From: Hypanus sabinus
Lineage: Eukaryota
NCBI RefSeq assembly: GCF_030144855.1
Contig: NC_082706.1
Coordinates: forward strand, 129,456,001 to 129,520,000
Length of the DNA: 64,000 bases
Direction of reading: 5' to 3'
The notes beneath the pieces are model-generated. The model did no database searches and had not been told where the DNA came from. It saw only the letters and a list, made by a program, of their open reading frames with translations. The translations under genes were made by a program, and so were the position numbers. Positions 25,396 to 37,625 of this stretch are shown one piece after another; the first letter of the stretch is position 1; the number at the start of each line of letters is the position of its first letter.

Positions 25396-26406
25396 AATTT
25401 TGAAGTGGCTGGAATGCGCTGTCATGGATGGTGAAGGAAACAGAGATGATAGAGGTGCTTAACCAGACACATGAACATGAAGGAAAAGCAGGGATATGGA
25501 TGATGTGCAGGTAAATGGAATAAGTTTCATTCAATATTGCAGTCAGCACAGACACTGTGGAATGAAGGGCCTGTTCCATGTCCTAAATTCCTAAATCACA
25601 TCTCATTTCTATTTTAGCAACAACTTATTTTTAAATACTTACTCTTCATTCTGGCCATGCCCACAATATAAACCACCCTCTCTAGAATGACCCTGTTAAG
25701 TCCACTTGGGATCTCATGTGAGTAAATGAAATCTCTTTACTTTTCTAAATTCCCTGCTGCTACAATCCTAGCCATTATTGGACATCCCTCCTTCTCCAGG
25801 TGTTTGTCCCTTAGAACTGCTTCCAAAATATTAATATCCTTCTTTAAATAAATGGAACAATATTAAACACAGTACTCCTGAAGTGGTCTTATCGATGCAC
25901 TATATAACTGAAGCTTAATCTTATTTTTGTATTAATTTCCTCTAGCAATAAATAATAACATTTTGTTAGCTTTCCTCACTGCTTTTCATAGCCTTTTGCA
26001 AATTATGCACCAACACCCCAATGCCTCTGCACCTCTGAGTTCTGCATTCTCTCATCACCTAGATAATATGCTGTTTTACTTTATAACTTATTTTTTATTT
26101 TCATTTGGAATTTCACTTCTATACAAGTTCAGCTGTTGAAAATATGTGGTTTTTTAGCTTCTCTAAGATAACAGGGAGGAATGTTAGATGAAGGTATTAG
26201 TTTTGGTCTCCCAATCCTTCACACAGCATAATTTCAAAGCCACTTCTTCATATCTCTTGCAAGTAGAATTAAGAGCCACCACTGTTCACTTTGATGCGTT
26301 CACAATATACTTCATGTACTGATATCCACATTCTTGTTCTTATTTATTTAGGCCTGATGTGGAACTTTATCTCTTCAAAGCATCAGTGTTTCCTCTTTGA
26401 TGTCTC

Positions 26407-26588
26407 TGCTTTCCCTTAATTCTTAACTCCTCTGTATGTGAAGAGTATTGTTATATTTGGACAAGCTTCTGGAACACGGCTTGTCTACAGCATAGCAACT
26501 ACGCTGTGCTTTCCTTAACTCTTAACTCTCCCCATATGTGAGAAGTATTATTATATTTGGAAAAGTTTCTGGGATACTGCTTGTCTAC
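26407..26588. repeat. 100-bp period tandem duplication
   Basis: tgctttcc.ttaa.tcttaactc...ttatatttgga.aag.ttctgg...gcttgtctac at 26407-26488 and 26507-26588. Confidence 0.85.
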
Positions 26589-27094
26589 TAGAGCAGAGTT
26601 GTGTTTTGTTTGTGGGGAGTGTTATACCTTCTGTGGTACATCTATAAAAATATCTCTGAGCTAGCACAGACTTGATAAGCCAGATGTATACATAGTATAT
26701 ACATTGCATATGGAAATATGGAACTTCGCTGCTTGTCCAGCTCCTTATTGCATGTCTTTACATAGCAGTAAAGTTAAATGTAAATTTATTATCAAAGTAC
26801 ATATATGCCACCATACACAACCCTGAGATTCATTTTCTTGCCAACGTACTCGATAAATCCATAATAGAATAGTAACTGTAACAGGATCAATGAAAGACCG
26901 CACAAATGTAGGCATTGAATCAGTATGCAAAGGACTACAAACTGCAAACACAAAAAGAAATAATAATGATAATAATAATAAATAAGCAATAAATATCAAC
27001 ACCATGAGAAAGAAAAGTGAGTCAACAGGTTGTGGGAACATTTCAATGATGGGGCAAGAAAAGTTGAGTGAAGTTATCCTCTTTGGATAACACC

Positions 27095-28165
27095 AACATT
27101 CCTATAGTCTAGATCGATAAGCTATGGAACCTGGGCTCTGTACCACCCTCTGCAATTGGATCCTAAACTTTGTAACTGGAAGACCACAATCTGTGTGTAA
27201 TAATATCTCCTTGTTGACGATCAACACTGGCGCATCTCAGCGGTGTGTGCTTAGCCCACTGCTCTACTCTCTATATACCCATGACAGTATGCTAGCCATA
27301 GCTCAAATGCGATCTATAAATTTGCTAATGATACAACCATTATTTGCAGTATCTCAGATGGAGTTGAGATGGCATATGGGAGCGAGATATAAGCTAGTTG
27401 AGTGGTGTCACAGCAACGACCTTGAACTCAATGTCAGTAAGATCAGAGATCTGATTGTGGACTTCAGGAGGGGTAAGATGAGGGAACACAAACCAATCCT
27501 CTTAGAGGGAGCAGAAGTGGAGAGAATAAGCAATTTCAAGGTCCTGGGTGTTAAGATCTCTGTGGATGTAACCTGGTCCAAACATATCAATTCAGCTATA
27601 AAGAAGGCAAGACAGTGGCTAGATCTAATGAGGAGTTTGAAGACATTTGGTTTGTCACCTGAGACACTTAAAAACTTCTACAGATGTACCATGGAGAGCA
27701 TTCTGACATGTTGCATCACTGTCTGGTATGGGGGGTGGGGGAGCGGTGTGGCTACTGCACGGGATCGAAAGAAGCTGCAGAAAGTTATAAAATTAGTCAG
27801 CTCCATCTTGGGTACTAGCTTTTGTAGTGTTCAAGATAGTGGCGTCCATCATTAAGAACCCTTATCACACAGGACATGCCCTCTTCTCATTGTTACCGTC
27901 AGTACAAAACCCTGAGGCATATACTCAGCAGTTCAGAAACAGCTTCTTCCCCTATGCCTAAATGGACATAGAATGCTACCTCTCTTTTTAAAAATACTAT
28001 TTCTGTTTTTGCACTATTTAAATAATATATACATACACACACACTGCAATCCAATTTATTTATTTATTTATTTTTCTATATTATATATTGCATTGTACTG
28101 CTGACACTAAATTAACAGATTTCACGACATATGCCGGTGATATTACACCTGATTCTGATTCTGGT
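27095..28165 (+). mobile_element. Rex1/L2-like LINE RT fragment, nested in a minus-strand LINE (26770-27090 / 28165-29135)
   Basis: ORF 27124-27855 LCNWILNFVTGRPQSV..INTGASQRCVLSPLLYSLYTHD; tail cctgattctgattctg. Confidence 0.85.
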
Positions 28166-28426
28166 TCAAGAAGCTAATGATTGAGGAGTAATAACTGTTT
28201 CTGAACCTAGTGGTGTGAGTCCTCAGCCTCCTGTACCTTCTTCCTGATGGCAGCAGTGGGAAGAGGCTTGAACTAGTGGGTGGGGTCCCTGATGATGGAT
28301 ACTGCTGTCATGTGACAGCACTCTGTGAAAATGTGTTCATTGGTGTGGAGGGCTTTACCCGTGATGGACTGCCATCTCCACAACTTTTTGTAGGGTTTCC
28401 CATTCAAGAGCATTGGAGTTTCCATG

Positions 28427-28880
28427 CAAGTCAAGTCAAGTCACTTTTATTGTCATTTTGACCACAAGTGCTGGTACAGTACATAGTAAAAATGAGACAA
28501 TGTTTTTCAGGACCATGGTGTTACATGACACAGTACAAAAACTAGACTGAACTACGTACAAAAAAACAATAAAGAGAAAGCTACACTAGACTACAGACCT
28601 AAACAGGACTGTATAAAGTGCACAAAAACAGTGCAGGCATTACAATAAATAATAAACAGGACAATAGGGCAAGGAGTCAGTCCAGGCTTCGGGTATTGAG
28701 GAGTCGGATAGCTTGGGGGGAGAAACTGTTACATAGTCTGGTAGTGAGAGCTCGAATGTTTTGGAGCCTTTTCCCAGTCGGCAGGAGGGAGAAGAGTTTG
28801 TATGAGGGGTGCATGGGGTCCTTCATAATGCTGTTTACTTTGCGGATGCAGCGTGTAGTGTAAACGTCCATGATGGCGAC
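28427..28880 (-). mobile_element. Younger Rex1-like 3' fragment with (GACTT)n tail, nested
   Basis: HPSYKLFSLLPTGKRLQNIRALTTRLCNSFSPQAIRLLN; caagtcaagtcaagtc tail on the plus strand. Confidence 0.75.
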
Positions 28881-29389
28881 CATGTCCATGTTACGCAGCG
28901 AGTCAATATACTCTCCACCACACATTTATAGAAGTTATTCTGAGTTTTAGATTTCATGTAAAATCCTTGCAAACTTGTAAAGAAGTAGAGGTGCTGTCAT
29001 GCTTTCTTTGTGAACACATTAACATGCTCTGTCCAGGACAGGTGGTCTGAAAGGATAACCTCGAAGAATTTAAAGTTGCTAACTCTCTCCACCTGTGATC
29101 CTGTGACAAGGTCTAGTTCATGGACCTCAGATTTCCAAGCTGTTGAGGTTATTTCACGATGCTTATAATTTGTGGCCTTGAACTCCAGTTTCTATTGTTG
29201 TGATCAATGGACTGCATATTGGGATGTAGGACTGGGGAGAATGCATCATATGTAAAAATTTGCAATTTTGCAATTGCTTTATTTTCATTTAGAAATGATC
29301 ACTTGTGTAATTTGCTCTGGGTAAAGTTAAAATAGGACTGTCTCCCCCTGCAAAAGAAATAGGCATTCAGTGATCCAGGTTTCGGGCTC

Positions 29390-30120
29390 AAAGGGTTGAC
29401 TATTTGAATGGAGAGAAAATACGAAAAACTGAGGCGCAAAGGGACTTGTGCAGGATTCCCTAAAGGTTAATTTGCAGGTTGAATCTTTGGTGAGGAAGGC
29501 AAATGCAATATTAGCTATCATTTCAAGAGGACTGGAATATAAAAGCAAGGATGTAATATTGAAAGTTTATAGAGCTCTGGTGAGGCCTCACTTGGAGTAT
29601 TGTGAACAGGTTTGGACCCCTTATCTTAGAAAGGATGTACTGAAACTAAAGAGGGTTTGAAGGAGGTTCATGAAAATGTTTCCAGGATTGTCATTTGCGG
29701 AGCTTTTAATGGCTCTGGGTCTGTATACACTAGAATTTAGGAGAATAAGGGGTGACCTCATTGAAACCTCTGGAATGGTGAAAGGCCTTGATAGAGTGGA
29801 TGTGGAGAGGATGGTGGGAGTACAAGGCCAGAGGATACAGCCTCATAATAGAGGGGTATCCTTTGAGAAAGGAGATGAGGAGGAATTTCTTTAACCAGAG
29901 AGTGGTAAATCTGCGGAATTCTTTAACAAAAACAGCTGTGGAGGCCAAGCTTTTATGTATATTTAAGGCAGAGGTTGATAGATTCTTGATGGGTCAGAGC
30001 ATTAAGGGATACGGGGGTGAGGCAGGAGATTGGGGCTGAGAGGAAAATTGGATCAGCCATGATGAAATGGTGGAGCAGACTTGATGGTCTAATTCTGCAC
30101 CTACATCTTCTGGTCTTATG
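29390..30120 (+). mobile_element. CR1 3' fragment, same subfamily as 20075-20790
   Basis: QDSLKVNLQVESLVRKANAILAIISRGLEYKS..LVRPHLEYC. Confidence 0.9.
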
Positions 30121-31045
30121 GCTGCTTTCAGAGTAACTGTTCTCCAGTGTATTCTTCTGAAGCGAACACGTAAATGGGAAGGCTGAATCATTTTTGGGCA
30201 TAGTTCCACAACCATTACCCTCTCCTACTAAACCTTCTTTAAATGTGAAATTCAATGTTCTGTTCCACAGTAGAGAGAGACGGGTATGAGTGGAGAAATG
30301 GCATGTGTCTAATTCTGTCCTGACCCGCTATCTGGAAGCATACATTTTCCATGGAGGTAATTAGACAATGCTTAGGAATGAGATGTCTAGTTATTTTCTA
30401 ATACAAAATCCTCAGCTTTGAAGTGTATCCAACTTAGAAGATAATGACAAGCGGCCCGTGTATGTTTCCACTGCCAGGGACTTACCAAACAGATGACACA
30501 TGGAGTCACCACATTCTGTTCTCTGATGTTAATGGAATCAACTAGCTCATTGAAAAGTTCTGAGCTTCTCATTCAAAGTTTTGCTCATTATGACTCATAG
30601 AATGGATGGCTTCATGGAGGAGAAAATTTCCAATGATCAGAAAGCATTTATACCATATGTATTTGTCCTGCTGAATTTGAAAATACCTGTTGCTATGGGG
30701 ATAGTCTTTGTTTGAATTTTATACAGAATGACTACAGGCAATGTGAATGCAGTACACCTGTCTGCAGAGTGGAAAGAACTTACTTCCTTGAAAGCACTCA
30801 CAATGTTTCATTTCCAATTTCTGGCCAGCATCGGGGACTAGGATCTAATTAGTGTCATGTCATGTTGATGCTGTTTTCTGATCAAACCTCTACAGTTTTG
30901 GGGGTTTATAAAAGTTATCAGTATTGCAAGAGTCCTTATCCTAGAGTCATACTCCATGGAAACAAGCCCTTCAGCACACCATCTCCATGATGACTATCCA
31001 TAAAACAGAAACAAAGAAAACAGCTCCAAAAGTGCAAGGAATTGT

Positions 31046-31300
31046 CAAAATCCAAGTCCTGTCCCGAGCCTTTCTGGCTCATCAGGCTGGTGCTTATGCT
31101 GGTTTCTGTGGCGCGAAGCGACTGAGAGTACGAGACTCTCCCCCGGATAGGATGCCTGTCTATCACAATAGACCAGCATTTTTTTGCCGGTACCCATTTT
31201 TCAGCTGGGTAGACCGGAGCATCGTGTGGTTAAGTGCTGTCTTGGCTGGGCTCGAACTCACGACATTCAGGTCGCTTGTCAAACACCCTAACCACGCGCC
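31046..31300 (-). mobile_element. Young tRNA-derived SINE
   Basis: A box TGGCGCGTGG, B box GAGTTCGAGCC, central ctacccagctgaaaaatgggtacc motif; 16-bp imperfect TSD (31030-31045, 31301-31316); CpG-rich. Confidence 0.8.
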
Positions 31301-33244
31301 AAATGCAAAGAATTGTAGGAAGTTGTAATAGAACTCACTCAATCATATAAACAAGGCTGCCCTCCATTTACTCCATCTAAACTACATATGTATTGGGGAA
31401 ACAGCCAACATAATTAAGGACCCTTTTCCACCCTGGCTATTCCCTCTTCTACCCTCTCCTGTCAGGCAGATACAAAATCCTGAAAGCACGAGCCACTCAT
31501 CTCAAGGACAGCTCCCATCCTGCTGTTATCAGACACTTGAATTAACCTTTCATTTGTTAAAAGGTGAAATCTTGATCTCCCTTCCACCTCATCGTCGTTG
31601 CAGCTGCTTTGCGCTTCCTCCGTAACAGCAACACAACAATTTGTATTCTGATTTACTTTAGAATCACAATGTACCTATATATGGCACACAAAGCAAAACT
31701 TTTTCACTGCATTTCAGTATATGTGGCCATGGTAAACAAATGCCAGATTCTAAAAAGTGGTTTTGAGGACTGTAACATTTAAACATTGGACATTTGACTG
31801 GGAGTTCCAAAGGGAAAGGGCAAAGTTTAAAAGCTCTGTCACCAAAGGTGGGCAAAGGCTGCATCTGTCTAGATCTAGGAAAATTAAGCATGTAAGGAAA
31901 GGGTAAGAAGAGGTGGGACAAACCTCCTTATTAAATATCCATAATAGGTCTCAAACTGAACAGCTTGTTAAGCAAATCGCTGTGCTGTGTCTAAGGTCAC
32001 ATATACGTATGATATTCTGGACAATGTAAGGGTAGCAGATTCCATAAAGGACATGAATGAAGCAAATGGGTTTTGCACACCCACCTTTTAACTCCAGATT
32101 TAATTATGGGAATTAAAATACCCAGCTGTAGTGTAGGGTTGTAAACTTATCTCTCTGGATCATCATTAGATATTTAGTATCGTCATTTTATCATAATACT
32201 ATCCTTCTGGGAGATCAAAAGGTTGATTGTTAATTATAAGTTAGTGTTTCAGCTTCAGAACACTTTAGTAGATTATTTATTGTTAAGATGATTGTCAGTG
32301 AACAATATATATAAATAATTAGAAAAAAGCTAGTCAGCCCAGGAGATCTCAGTCCCTCACCCAGATTGCCTGTAGATGACACCAGATCCTTAACAATGTG
32401 GTTGATTCTTATGTATCCTCTGAAATGACTCTATTACCCTCTCATTTTAAAAGACAGGCAATAAATGTCTGCTCACATCCCATAAATTAATTATCACTCC
32501 CTTTAAAATAAGGACAAGGCAACTGCATTGGGGCATGGAGCTTTGCTAAGGAAATCTCTCAGGGCCTTTAGTGTGCTAAAATGTCATGTAGTGTTGTTAA
32601 CTTGCTGGACTTCAATCAAGATAAAAGGCTTTGTATTAGCTTGAGGTTCTACACTAGAGTTGGAAATCAGATGGCATAATGTTTGCGTTTGCAGGAAATC
32701 CATAAGCCAAATCAAATATTTGTTATAGAGATTCAAAGCAGAATTCTTGCTCAGTTGTTGAATGTATAACTGACGTTGACAGAAAGAATCCACAGATGTA
32801 CGTTTCTTTGTTTATGTATCACACATTTCTAACAAGAGAAATATTAATGAATCCCCAGTCCATTCAATGATTCCCAGACAAACCCAGATTCAGCTCAGTT
32901 ATATGCCAGGCAAGGAACTTAGGATTTTCCTGTTCGGAAACAGAACAGAAGATGCTAAATATGCTCAGCAGGGCAGGCAGCCTCTGTGGAGAAGGAAGTG
33001 GAATTCATATCTGAGATCCATGACTCTTCATTAGAACTGGATTGGTAAGAAAACCAGCATACTTTAAGTTTCAGAGAGGGCGAGGTGGAGAGAACAGAGG
33101 GATGCACAGGATAAGGCACAAAGTTACAATTACTTTGAAAACATTTGGTTGGGGAGCAGAAGAGATAAAAGCAAAAAATTGATACAAAAGTTAACAGCCA
33201 TGAAGAATGAAAAATAAAAAGTCAAAAAGATGATCCTTTAAAAC

Positions 33245-33460
33245 TTAGATGAGGAGGGTAGTGAATCTGTGGCATTCATTGCTACAGAAGGATGTGGAGT
33301 CCAAGTCATTGGCTGTATTTACAACAGAGATTGATAGCTTCCTTTTTGGGATTAAAGGATTACAAAGAGATGGTGGAGAGTGGGGTTGAAAAAAATTAGC
33401 CATGATTGAATAGCAGTGCAGACTTAATGGGCTGAATAGCCTATTCCTGGTCTTCCATCT
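33245..33460 (+). mobile_element. CR1 3' end fragment
   Basis: agggtagtgaatctgtgg...gggctgaatagcct stem as in other CR1 copies. Confidence 0.7.
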
Positions 33461-35689
33461 TTGGCAAGCAAGAAAAGGTTTGCTTGAAATTGTTACATTC
33501 AAAATTGAATTATGAAGTTATCAACATGCCCAGCTGTGAGTTGAGTTGTTGATTCCCAAGTCCATACTGGGCATTGCCAGAGCCACAACATAGGAGCCTG
33601 AAGAGAGGTCAGAGCAGAACTAAGTGACAGAGGACTGGAAGCCTAGTGCCACCTCAGAGGCTGAAAGGGAATGCCTAGTAAATAAGTCAACTTCTCTGGT
33701 CACTCCAGGAACACTGAATGCAATATGGTTTCACCACACACATCTTCCTCTTTCATCCTTCTGAGGGGACTGACTTGTCCACTCACTCATCTCCATGCAG
33801 CACCTACCCCTCCAACTGCATATTGTGTTACACTATGGGCTCCACTGCATTGAAGGGCAGAGTGTGAATTCGATTATTACTTACCACTGTTTTGTCTGTG
33901 AAATTGGGCTTCCAGTCACCCATTTGAACTCCCTATTTGACCTTCTGCAGTTTTAAGTGGTATTTAATATAAGCTCAAGGACCAACACATTATCTTCTAT
34001 CTGGGCATGTTACAATGCTTGAGACAGAACAATAAGTTTAACTATTTCAGATTATTACACTTTTCCTTGTTATCACAGTTGTGGCTGTGCTATTCTGCTT
34101 AAGTACGTTCTTTTCCCTCTTCTGTTTATAAATGTAATGTTATATCAGTAACATTGATCCAGTCAAACACATTCTCCCTGCTGCCTCCCTTTCCCTCTCT
34201 GTAAATTAAAACATGCTTGCCGTTTTCTTTTCCAGTTCTGATGAGTGATCTTTGAATGTTGTTTCTGTTTTTCTCCACATTGATGCTGCCTGATCTGAGC
34301 GTTTTTGTTTCCTATTTCTATTTTTTTATCATTTCCAGCATCTGCAGTTTTTTTGCTCCAACTTTCTTGCTCCATGTGTCTCACATAATGGATTTTTCCA
34401 ATTCAATTATAAATTAAAGGTGCCCCTGGAAATATCAGTCGCAACGAGATGCAGATGGAGATCTGCCTTCTTGAAGGGCTGGAGTCCTTGTGGTACGGCT
34501 GCTCTCGCAGGCAGAGAGCTTCGGGGTTTGACCCAGTGATGATTAGGGGCATTCCTAGGTAGGATGGAGTGTGATTGTGAGGTGGTGGTCTTCCCATCTA
34601 CCTGCTGTTCTCACTGTAGGTGCTGGGAATCATGGGTTTGGGAGGTGCTTTCTGAGATGTTAATCTGACCACAATTACAATTTGCTGCTGTCCTTAGGCA
34701 CCAGACATCTTAAAGGATCATTAGCATGGAATCTGATGAGCAAACGTCGAAATGCTTATTCATGTGAGCAGCAGAAATCCTTTGACTGGTGACAGAATCT
34801 ACATGATTAATGCTGCTGAACTTCAGTTAATATTCACCTAATATGATCCTTAAACCACAATGCACTGTATTAAAGTAAAAAATTGGCACCTAACTGTTTA
34901 AGAATAGAAAAGTAAGTAAGGAATGTCCTTGTAGTGGAATGCTATACCCTGGGACAACACTGGCAGAGTTGGAAATTGAGAGATTCCTGATAATTCAATA
35001 GATTCATTTAATTGGCAACATTTGATGCGTTAATCAGAAACTAGAACTTACTGAAATAAATCAGAGATATTACAGTATTAATCAAGTACAAATCATTTGG
35101 ACAAACACATCAACTTTTGCCATATATTGAATATTTGGTCACGGTAACAAATGGAATGTGCAGATGGAGCTGGGTGGTGCTGGTGCTGGAAGGAGTATAA
35201 AGCTGAGAGGTACCTTTGAAAGTACAGAAGATGACTGACGTATGAAGGAAAGGTCTGTTCATGGAGGCAATCACTTTGTACTAGTGGACAAGACTGACTC
35301 ATAATAGAACACCCACATATTGTTACTGATTTTCCATTTCCCCCACATCCTGCACTCCCTCAAATCCTTCCACCTCCCGTCCTCCTCATTTCCTTCCCTC
35401 CCCCAGCCCCCTTGACCTGCTGCCTCCTCTCTCACTCCACCTCTGCCACGACCTCACCTGCCTTATGCTAATCAGACCTGACACTTACTTCATGGTAGTG
35501 CCACATTAAGGCATTCCAAATCTTTGCTCTAATATTTGAAACTGAAGAAAAACATCTAAGGAAGCTAACTTTTCATGATGTATTTTGGAATCACTTTGAG
35601 TGCCAATGGTTTTTAAAGATTTATTTCTATCTTAGAGATCTGGTTTCCAGCATTACCTGCTTTGAATGTTACCAGGAAGCGAGATTTAC

Positions 35690-36221
35690 CTTAGCGTCCT
35701 GCAGTGGGGGCTGGTAGCTGGAGGGTCGGCTGTACATCCTCTGCGACCAGTTAGTGTGGATGTCCCCCAGGAACAACTCTTGCACCACTTGCTCGGGATT
35801 GTGGTGGAGGTGTTGCTTTTCCACCCGAAGGAGCTGCAGTTCATGCATGGCAAAATTCAGAGCTCGGAAACAATCGCAGCCACCTTCCTCACCCTCCAGG
35901 TCATATCGCACGTTGGGCTCCCATGTCTTCTGTCCTGGCAAGAAACCCGGGCACGACCTGTTCAACCTGTGGCTCAGTTCCTCTGCCTTCTGCTTACTGT
36001 GGCAGATGACCTGGACCCTGTGGAGTTGATAGTCTGCTTCAGTTGCCCCTCGAATGATCCAGGAAGCCTGGCGCAGTCGGAGATTTCCCATGATCACCAG
36101 TGTGTAGGTTGGTTGCGTACAGTGATTGTCTCCGTAATTAAACTGATAAGCTTTGAAGGTATTATTGGAGTAAAATCTATAGGATCTGGTAATGAATTCT
36201 GGGCCAGGTCTTACCTCACAG
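35690..36221 (-). CDS. APCDD1: APCDD1 coding exon 3 (532 nt)
   Basis: [17 protein letters not shown]...[21 protein letters not shown]...[15 protein letters not shown]...ELFLGDIHT...[13 protein letters not shown]. Acceptor ccacag, donor AAG/gtaaat. Confidence 0.97.
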
Positions 36222-36399
36222 CTGTGGACAGAGATATTTAATTAGCTTCACAATAAAGCTATAATACTTAGTTTTGCAACACTATTTCCAATCTTTTCAG
36301 CATGGGATGTTTAGATAAAAATTAGTAAGAAGTCACAAAAATCTGTCATCGGTGCCGTTCACATATAATCTGTTATTATATCATTACTTTCCAGCAAAC

Positions 36400-37625
36400 A
36401 ATCACCCGTTTGAGATGGTGGAAATTCTGGAGAATTATGTGGTGGATGCAGAGGTTGTTGGGTTGGTAGGTTAGGAAAAGAGGAGCCCTATCCCTGGTAG
36501 GCTGGCAGGAGGATGGGGTAAAAGCAGACATACATGAAATGGAAGAGTTGTGGTTGAGGGCAGCATTGATGGTGGAGGAAGGGAAGCTCCTTTTGAAGGA
36601 GGAGGACATCTCCTTCATTCTGGAATGAAAGGCCTCATCCTGAGAGCAACTGCGGAGGAAATGAGAGAAGGGGATGTCGTTTTTACTGTTAACATAGTCC
36701 AGGTAGCTGTGAGAGTCTGTGGGTTTACAGTAGAGATCAGTAGATAAGCTGTCTCCAGAGATAGAGACAGTGAGATGAAGAAAGTAGAGGGAGGTGTCAG
36801 AAATGGACAAGGTAAATTTGATGGCAGGGTGGAAGTTAGAGGCAAAGTTAATAAAGTCAATGAGCTCAGCATTGGTGCAGGAAGCAGCACCAATGCAGTA
36901 ATTGATGTAGTGTAGGAAGAGTGGGGACGGACATCAGTGTAGACTTGGAACACAGACTGTTCACAAGATGGCAGGCATAGCTGGGACCCATGCGAGTGCC
37001 CATGGTTTCACCTTTTGTTGTTTTTTTAAATTTTTTTATTAGTTTTTCAAAACATTTTACAAATTAAAAACCCCAAATCCCAATGAGGAATATTAAAACA
37101 GTGCAAAATTAAGCATACAATAACAATATGCTACAAAGGAAGAGGATTTAGCAAAAAAAAGCACCTAAATTAAAGACAAGTAAGCTTAGTGTCCTCCCCA
37201 AGCCCCACAACACAAGAAAAAACAACAGCAACTCCAGACCAACCACAACACAATATAGAGAGTATAAGTCAGGACAGCCAAGCTCCCAGACTGTGAAGAC
37301 ACTCAGCAACAGAGGGTAATAATGCCTTCTACCAGAAAAAAAAGGAGCTGAAAGCAAGGGACCGAAAAGAAAAAAAAACCCTAGTCAAGAGGAAGGTTAC
37401 GAAAGTACTCGATAAAAGGTCCCCAGACCTTATGGAACTGCTACACCTTTTGTTTGAAGGAAGTGGGAGGAGTCAAAGGAGAAATTATTAAGAGTGAGGA
37501 CAAATTCTGCTAGACAGTGGAGAATGGTGGTGGAGGAGAACTGATTGGGCCTGGTGTCCAGAAAGAAACGGAGAGCTTTGAAACCTTCATGGTAGGGTAT
37601 GGAGCTGTATATGGACTGGACATCC
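36400..37625 (-). mobile_element. Penelope-like retroelement RT fragment
   Basis: MDVQSIYSSIP..EGFKALRFFL...LAEFVLTLNNFSF..HFLQTKGVA and LSTDLYCKPTDSHSYLDY are PLE RT/linker motifs. Confidence 0.85.
37020..37439 (-). mobile_element. L1/Tx1-clade 3' end nested in the Penelope fragment
   Basis: Minus-strand FHKVWGPFIEYFRNLPLD* (ORF2 C-terminus), then AATAAA and an A-rich tail; TSD core CACCTTTTGTT (37009-37019, 37444-37454). Confidence 0.75.

Noticed and set aside
31240-31300. tRNA gene
   Set aside because: A/B boxes continue into a SINE body with tail and TSD; no full cloverleaf or terminator. The same applies at 21250-21305 and 44170-44245.
35666-36241. 191-aa ORF antisense to exon 3
   Set aside because: Its extent mirrors the exon; typical antisense shadow of GC-rich coding sequence.
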